From: Chlamydiota bacterium
GTDB taxonomy: Bacteria > Chlamydiota > Chlamydiia > Chlamydiales > SM23-39
Direction: 5' to 3'
Assembly: GCA_038534095.1 (NCBI GenBank)
Contig: JBCAXK010000012.1
Coordinates: 1 to 34,540, forward strand
DNA length: 34,540 nucleotides
The position numbers were made by a program, and so were the translations under genes. Position 1 is the first letter of the stretch. Every line of letters starts with the position of its first letter. The notes below the pieces were generated by a model. That model was not told the DNA's origin and made no database searches. It worked only from the letters and a program-made list of their open reading frames with translations. This document shows positions 29,328 to 34,540 of this stretch, in pieces.

Positions 29328-29365
29328 TACGCATACCAGACTCATACACAAGTAGGACGACTATT

Positions 29366-30847
29366 TTGGAAGAAAAACAAGCCCCCAACAACGAGCCAGA
29401 ACAGACACCACCACAAGACGAAGAAAACACTTCTCCGAAAGGCTCCGCTCAAGAACGCATTCCCTCCGACAATCAGCCGTTAGCAGTCCCTTCTTCCTCT
29501 TTGAGCGTTACGAAAGAAGAAAAAGCGGTGATTGAGGAATTTAAAAATGCATCGGTCAAGGTTCAGGTCGAGAAAAAACCCCACTGCGTCGTGCATTTAA
29601 CCGTGAACGCTTATCCTCCTATTTTAAAGGCTGCTTACGAAACTGCGTATAAAAGCGTGAGAAAAGAGGTCACTGTTCCAGGATTTCGGAAGGGGAAAGC
29701 TCCCAAAGAATTCGTAGAAAAAAATTATAGCGGAAGCATCCAAAATCGTTTTCCAACAGAAGCGGCAAATTTAGCCTTTTCTCAAGCAATGTCTCTCATC
29801 GGCATTCCTCTTCTTGACAACAAAGCAAAAATCCAATTTTCGTCCAAAGAGTTTTCTCCAGAAAATGCGGTTTTTACCTTTGGTTATGAAACTGAGCCAA
29901 ATGTTCCTGAAGTCGACCCTGCAAATTATACAAACGAAGAATCGCCCCCCAATAAGCTCACAGAAAAAGAGCTTGAAGAGGGAATCCGACAAATTCTCTT
30001 TTTTCATGCCAAATGGGATACCATCTTAGATCGCCCAGTCCAAGAAGGGGATTTTGTGATCATCGATCTAAAAACCTTAGATGAGCCTTCTGAGGTCGTC
30101 TTCTCCGATACAAGATTTGAGGTGTCCGATGACCATATGGCGAAGTGGATGAAAAATCTCCTGATCGGGAAAAAGACCGGTGAGGAAATTGAAGGGTATA
30201 GTGAGCCCGATGAGTCAGAAAAACCGACAAGCGATGAAACACCTTCCCCGAAAAAACACGTTCTTGTCACGCTTAAAAAAATTGAGCAAGCTGAGGTTCC
30301 TCCCTTAGACGAAGCCTTTGCGAAAACCGTGGGCGCACAAAACGTCGATGAGCTCAAAAAAGCGACGAGAAAACAGTTACAAGCACGGTTGGACGCCAAG
30401 TTTTTTAAAGAGCAGCAACAAAAAGTGAACCTCTTTTTATTGGAAAAATACCCCTTTGATCTTCCGATTTCTCTGATCGAAGCGGAGAAAAATCACCGCA
30501 AACAGCAGTTATTGCAAAACAGAGAGTTTGCAAGCAAACTACAAGCGGCATCTTCCGAAGAAAAAAAGCAGTTTGAACAGGAACTCTTTTCTGAATCAGA
30601 AGCTTCGATACGCCTTTTTTATCTTTCAAGATCGATTGTACAAAGAAATAACTTTCCAATCTCAGATGAAGAAGTTGAAGAAGAGGCTCAGCTCACTCTT
30701 GCCACCTTTGGACCGGTAAATGTTGATACCAATAAAATTCCTCAAGAGCTTTACGCCCTTGCGTTATCTAAGGTGCTTCTTACAAAGGCGCAACAGTTCA
30801 TTTTAAGCGGCGGAAAAACAGAGAAATCTCCGCCAGCTATGCCTTGA
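29366..30847 (+). CDS. tig: Trigger factor
   Basis: VPGFRKGKAP signature, FKBP-like and C-terminal domains. Start set at TTG 29366 (AGGA upstream) because the track ORF runs through tRNA-Gly. Confidence 0.92.
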   Translation: MEEKQAPNNEPEQTPPQDEENTSPKGSAQERIPSDNQPLAVPSSSLSVTKEEKAVIEEFKNASVKVQVEKKPHCVVHLTVNAYPPILKAAYETAYKSVRKEVTVPGFRKGKAPKEFVEKNYSGSIQNRFPTEAANLAFSQAMSLIGIPLLDNKAKIQFSSKEFSPENAVFTFGYETEPNVPEVDPANYTNEESPPNKLTEKELEEGIRQILFFHAKWDTILDRPVQEGDFVIIDLKTLDEPSEVVFSDTRFEVSDDHMAKWMKNLLIGKKTGEEIEGYSEPDESEKPTSDETPSPKKHVLVTLKKIEQAEVPPLDEAFAKTVGAQNVDELKKATRKQLQARLDAKFFKEQQQKVNLFLLEKYPFDLPISLIEAEKNHRKQQLLQNREFASKLQAASSEEKKQFEQELFSESEASIRLFYLSRSIVQRNNFPISDEEVEEEAQLTLATFGPVNVDTNKIPQELYALALSKVLLTKAQQFILSGGKTEKSPPAMP

Positions 30848-30902
30848 CAACAATCGGCGCCTCCTCTTTACTGAAAGCATGCTATAAGATAAGGAAGTGA
30901 CT

Positions 30903-31553
30903 ATGCCTCAAAAAGATCCAAGACAAAAGATCAGACCCTCTCAATCCCTTACTCCCTACGTCATTGAGGATACAGGGCGCGGAGAGCGTTCCATGGATAT
31001 CTTTTCCCGACTTCTCAAAGATCGTATTATTTTTATTGGCACCGAAATCAACGATCAAGTCGCCAATGTTGTGATCGCGCAGATGCTATTCTTGAAAATG
31101 GAAGATCCTAAAAAAGATCTCAACCTCTACATCAACTCCCCAGGAGGACTCATCTCTTCTGGACTTGCAATTTTAGATACTATGCTCTTTTTAGGTTGTG
31201 ACGTCACCACCTACTGCATAGGACAAGCTGTGTCCATGGCAGCTCTTTTGTTAGCTGCTGGCACCAAAGGAAAACGGTTCGCTCTTCCCAATAGCCGGAT
31301 TATGCTCCACCAGCCCTATGGGGGCGTTGGAGGTAGCTCAGCCGACATTAAGATCCAGGCGCAAGAAATTTTAGAGCTCAAAAAGCTCACTGGGAAGCTC
31401 ATGTCTGAATATACAGGGCAAGATATTGCAAAAGTGATGCAAGATTCTGAAAGGGATTTTTGGATGAACGCCTCTTTTGCAAAGGATTACGGTATTATTG
31501 ATGAAATCGCGCAACCCAAAAAAGTAGAAAAAGAAGTAGAAGCGAGCGTGTAA
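30903..31553 (+). CDS. clpP: ATP-dependent Clp protease proteolytic subunit (chlamydial ClpP2 position)
   Basis: [27 protein letters not shown] (Ser), RIMLHQP (His), ERDFWM (Asp); start 30897 GTG or 30903 ATG. Confidence 0.97.
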   Translation: MPQKDPRQKIRPSQSLTPYVIEDTGRGERSMDIFSRLLKDRIIFIGTEINDQVANVVIAQMLFLKMEDPKKDLNLYINSPGGLISSGLAILDTMLFLGCDVTTYCIGQAVSMAALLLAAGTKGKRFALPNSRIMLHQPYGGVGGSSADIKIQAQEILELKKLTGKLMSEYTGQDIAKVMQDSERDFWMNASFAKDYGIIDEIAQPKKVEKEVEASV

Positions 31554-32785
31554 TGCTAGGAAAAAAACAAGACTCTATGACCAGTTGCTCTTTTTGTGGT
31601 CGTAGTGAAGAAACGGTCGAAAAGCTCATTTCTGGACCCAATGCCTATATTTGCGATAAATGCGTGCATCTTTGCATCGACATCATCAAGAAAAAGCCAG
31701 AAACTGGAGAGCTCAAACTCCTCAAACCAAAAGAGATCAAAGAACGTCTTGATGAGTACATCATCGGCCAAGAGCTTGCTAAAAGAACCATTGCTGTGGG
31801 GGTTTACAACCATTATAAAAGGATTCGTGCTTGCGCGAAGGGATCCCCCGTCGAATACTCAAAATCGAATGTGATGCTAATTGGTCCAACAGGATCGGGG
31901 AAAACCCTCATTGCAAGAACGCTAGCAAAAATCTTAGAGGTCCCTTTTGCGATCACCGATGCAACAACGCTAACCGAAGCGGGCTACGTTGGAGAAGATG
32001 TAGAAAATATCATTCTAAGGCTCCTACAATCGGCCGATTATGATGTCGCTAGAGCTGAAATGGGAATCATCTATGTCGATGAAATCGATAAGATTCGGAA
32101 AACAAGCGGTAACGTATCGATCACTCGAGATGTATCGGGTGAAGGGGTGCAACAAGCCCTCCTAAAAATTGTCGAAGGAACAGTCGCCAATGTCCCTCCA
32201 AAAGGGGGAAGAAAACACCCGAATCAAGAGTACATCAAAGTCAACACACAAAATATCCTGTTCATCGTGGGCGGAGCCTTTGTCCACCTGGATAAAATTG
32301 TCTCAAAAAGATTGGGGAAAAGTACCATAGGATTTGAAACAGGAGAAAGGGATCACAAAAATGCCCATGAATCCAACTACCTTTTATCCAAGGTAGAACC
32401 AGAAGATTTGATCGAATTTGGGATGATTCCAGAATTCATTGGTCGTTTCAACAACATTGCCAATTGTAATGAACTGAATATCTCCGATCTTATCGAAATC
32501 TTAGTCAAACCCAAAAATGCTGTGATCGAACAGTACAGGCAGCTTTTTGCTGAGGAAAATGTGAAGCTCACCTTCTCAGAGGGGTCTTTGGAAGCCATTG
32601 CAAAAAAAGCGAAAAAGACCGACACAGGAGCAAGAGCTCTTAGGATGATTGTGGAAAATCTTCTTCTAGACTTGATGTTTGATACCCCATCAGATCCGAC
32701 CATCGAAGAGGTGGTCATTGAAGAGGAGACTCTAACAAAAAATAAGCCTCCCCTGATCCATAGAAGGCGAGCAGAAACGGCATAA
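31553..32785 (+). CDS. clpX: ATP-dependent Clp protease ATP-binding subunit ClpX
   Basis: CSFCG..C..C zinc-binding domain, [21 protein letters not shown] loop; TAATG overlap with clpP. Confidence 0.98.
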   Translation: MLGKKQDSMTSCSFCGRSEETVEKLISGPNAYICDKCVHLCIDIIKKKPETGELKLLKPKEIKERLDEYIIGQELAKRTIAVGVYNHYKRIRACAKGSPVEYSKSNVMLIGPTGSGKTLIARTLAKILEVPFAITDATTLTEAGYVGEDVENIILRLLQSADYDVARAEMGIIYVDEIDKIRKTSGNVSITRDVSGEGVQQALLKIVEGTVANVPPKGGRKHPNQEYIKVNTQNILFIVGGAFVHLDKIVSKRLGKSTIGFETGERDHKNAHESNYLLSKVEPEDLIEFGMIPEFIGRFNNIANCNELNISDLIEILVKPKNAVIEQYRQLFAEENVKLTFSEGSLEAIAKKAKKTDTGARALRMIVENLLLDLMFDTPSDPTIEEVVIEEETLTKNKPPLIHRRRAETA

Positions 32786-32891
32786 ACGCTCTTGAAGAAA
32801 CATTGATGTGGCTTTTTTTAAGCTGGACGCAACAAATTCTTGTTGGCATCGAGATGGAAAAAGCTTTTCTTCAAAAATGAGCTCGTAAATT

Positions 32892-34421
32892 TTACTTCAT
32901 CAGCCGCGCTGCTTTGACGATCCTGTTTCCCTGAAGCGCCACTTCTTCGCGACCCTCTCTTTCTTCGAGCTCCTGCATTTTATCGTTGCTGTGAAGGCCA
33001 GCCGTTTCTCGAAGCATATTGAGTCCAAATAAAGTGGCATAGGGACGCTTGCCCAATACAAAGTCGATGAGCCGAGTAGAGATCGGATCGTCGCTTAAGA
33101 AGGGCCCCTGCAATCCTCCCGTTCGAATCAGAGCAGGAATCATTACGCTCCCCCCTCCTGCTGCTAATCCAGCCATCATGCTTTGCATCAGGTAATGCCG
33201 TTCAGTAAGCTCTAAGGGGACTCTTCTTGCATTGACCCCAACATAGACAGATAGACTGTGAAGACCTGCTCTATCCGCATACGAATTTTTTCTCGAGAGA
33301 TCTTTCTCAAAGGTGGTCTGCAACCGCTTTTTTATTCCTGTGATCACAGAATGCAACTCTTCTATATTGGATACTTCTTTTGTTAGGTAGTGGGAGGTTA
33401 TGGCAATAAGAAACGACGCTGGATCAAAGGCCTCCCCACTTAGACGAAAGTCCAGCCCTCTCCACCGGTTTAACTCCCCTTCCAGGCGGCGCGCATCATC
33501 GGGCAAATGCGCTCTTTGTTGCATGGCTACAAGATCCTTCTTCTTTTCTTCGATACGCTGTTTGACTTCTTGGATCATCACATTTCTTGTAACGCGGCAA
33601 TCTTTAAGGACTTTTTCATACCAGTGATACTCTTGATCAGTCAGCTCTCTTCCAAACATCGTGCGCAAAAGGTTCTTCCCCTCTTTACTCAGCCCATTGC
33701 TTTGATTTAGGAGAGGAAAGGTGTGTTTGGCGCCTTTTTTTTGAGAAAACAGGCGCATGCGACCTGTATATAATTGGGGATTTTCAAAAACAGCTGGAGT
33801 GCCTTCAACCCCAGAAAGACAATATCCTGGATGAAAAGCCGCGCAAACAGCTTCGTTTGAATAGCGCGTGTGTTCTCGATACAAACTCTGAATTTCTTCG
33901 AAAATGGATGCTCTATTCCCCTCTTCACGCATTTCGTTTTCAGAAAGGCGCACCTCCAACTTTTCTCCTGTACTCAACTTAAACTGGACCGTTCCTTGGG
34001 TGACATTGATGCTGGAGACATTTTTTCGAAAACTAAAGTTCGCAGCTTCCCGCTCCGCCTCTTCCTCGCTCGGGATATCAAAAGAGGTCACTTTTTTACG
34101 ATACACAGATCCTAACAATTCTTCTAAACGCTTTTGGATGTTTGAGAGCTTACTGTTGATTTCAGGTACTTCCTCTTGCTTTGTAATGGAGATCCCGTAA
34201 GCTGCCCCACTCGGAATACCGACACACAATTTTAACGAATGTCCCCTGTCTTGCGCCCTTCCCTCCGGTTCAACGACAATCCGGTCTCCTTCATAACTTG
34301 GGTGGCTCAGTGGCTCGGCAACAATTTGGTCTCCGGCCCCTCGACTAGAAATATCCCCAGCTCCAATACCCTGCCCAGATGAAGGCGATGCAGGTGTAAT
34401 CGTAACCATTGGATTAGGCAT
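32892..34421 (-). CDS. Hypothetical 509-aa protein; Ser/Gly/Pro-rich N-terminus and coiled-coil segments (effector candidate)
   Basis: Long ORF, AAGGGAG RBS, consensus-like promoter; no family recognised. Confidence 0.8.
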   Translation of the reverse strand: MPNPMVTITPASPSSGQGIGAGDISSRGAGDQIVAEPLSHPSYEGDRIVVEPEGRAQDRGHSLKLCVGIPSGAAYGISITKQEEVPEINSKLSNIQKRLEELLGSVYRKKVTSFDIPSEEEAEREAANFSFRKNVSSINVTQGTVQFKLSTGEKLEVRLSENEMREEGNRASIFEEIQSLYREHTRYSNEAVCAAFHPGYCLSGVEGTPAVFENPQLYTGRMRLFSQKKGAKHTFPLLNQSNGLSKEGKNLLRTMFGRELTDQEYHWYEKVLKDCRVTRNVMIQEVKQRIEEKKKDLVAMQQRAHLPDDARRLEGELNRWRGLDFRLSGEAFDPASFLIAITSHYLTKEVSNIEELHSVITGIKKRLQTTFEKDLSRKNSYADRAGLHSLSVYVGVNARRVPLELTERHYLMQSMMAGLAAGGGSVMIPALIRTGGLQGPFLSDDPISTRLIDFVLGKRPYATLFGLNMLRETAGLHSNDKMQELEEREGREEVALQGNRIVKAARLMK

Positions 34422-34453
34422 AAAGGCTCCCTTTTGAATAGTTTATTATTACC

Positions 34454-34482
34454 ATTTTAACAAAATTTTTATTAAAAATCAA
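34454..34482 (-). promoter_or_regulatory. Sigma66 promoter of the 509-aa gene
   Basis: Minus strand TTGATT-N17-TAAAAT with TG extension. Confidence 0.75.
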
Positions 34483-34526
34483 TTTTGTAAAAATGGTAAT
34501 AATAAACTATTCAAAAGGGAGCCTTT

Positions 34527-34540
34527 ATGCCTAATCCAAT
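34527..34540 (+). other. Mirror copy of the start of the 509-aa gene (MPNP...), truncated by the window end
   Basis: AAGGGAGCCTTT ATG CCT AAT CCA AT; may be a real divergent paralogue or an artefact. Confidence 0.35.

Larger units (their letters stand above)
34408..34540. repeat. Long inverted repeat running to the window edge
   Basis: 34408-34458 is the exact reverse complement of 34490-34540 (51 bp); one mismatch (34459/34489); 8 more pairs (34460-67/34481-88); 13-nt centre. Confidence 0.95.

Noticed and set aside
29243..29365. N-terminal part of the 534-aa tig track ORF
   Set aside because: Overlaps tRNA-Gly entirely; not coding.

Overview
Mostly core chromosome of a member of the Chlamydiota, probably an environmental lineage outside the Chlamydiaceae. 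The assignment is inferred from gene order (SNF2-mreB divergent from tRNA-Gly-tig-clpP-clpX; rluD-khpA; tRNA-Arg-kdsA-[lptC]-lptB) and a short chlamydial-type HemA. Housekeeping genes: yidD, recO, hpf, hemA, recX, rluD, khpA, kdsA, lptB, ndk, mreB, tig, clpP, clpX, plus four tRNAs (Leu-GAG, Arg-UCG, Arg-UCU, Gly-GCC). Main points of interest: (1) a ~60-bp-arm inverted repeat at the right edge duplicates the RBS and start of a 509-aa orphan gene, and its asymmetric core is a one-way sigma66 promoter (invertible switch or fold-back artefact); (2) two Maf/DUF115 glycosyltransferase paralogues sit behind hpf and a stand-alone HsdR-N nuclease domain, with no flagellar genes in view; (3) an 878-aa CBS-type family II pyrophosphatase-like protein has large extra domains; (4) an F-box/ankyrin-like effector candidate; (5) a gene interrupted by a single in-frame TAG; (6) two small paralogous secreted-protein candidates; (7) an ~800-bp gap in the kdsA-lpt operon. 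All calls come from reading motifs by eye; no searches were run.
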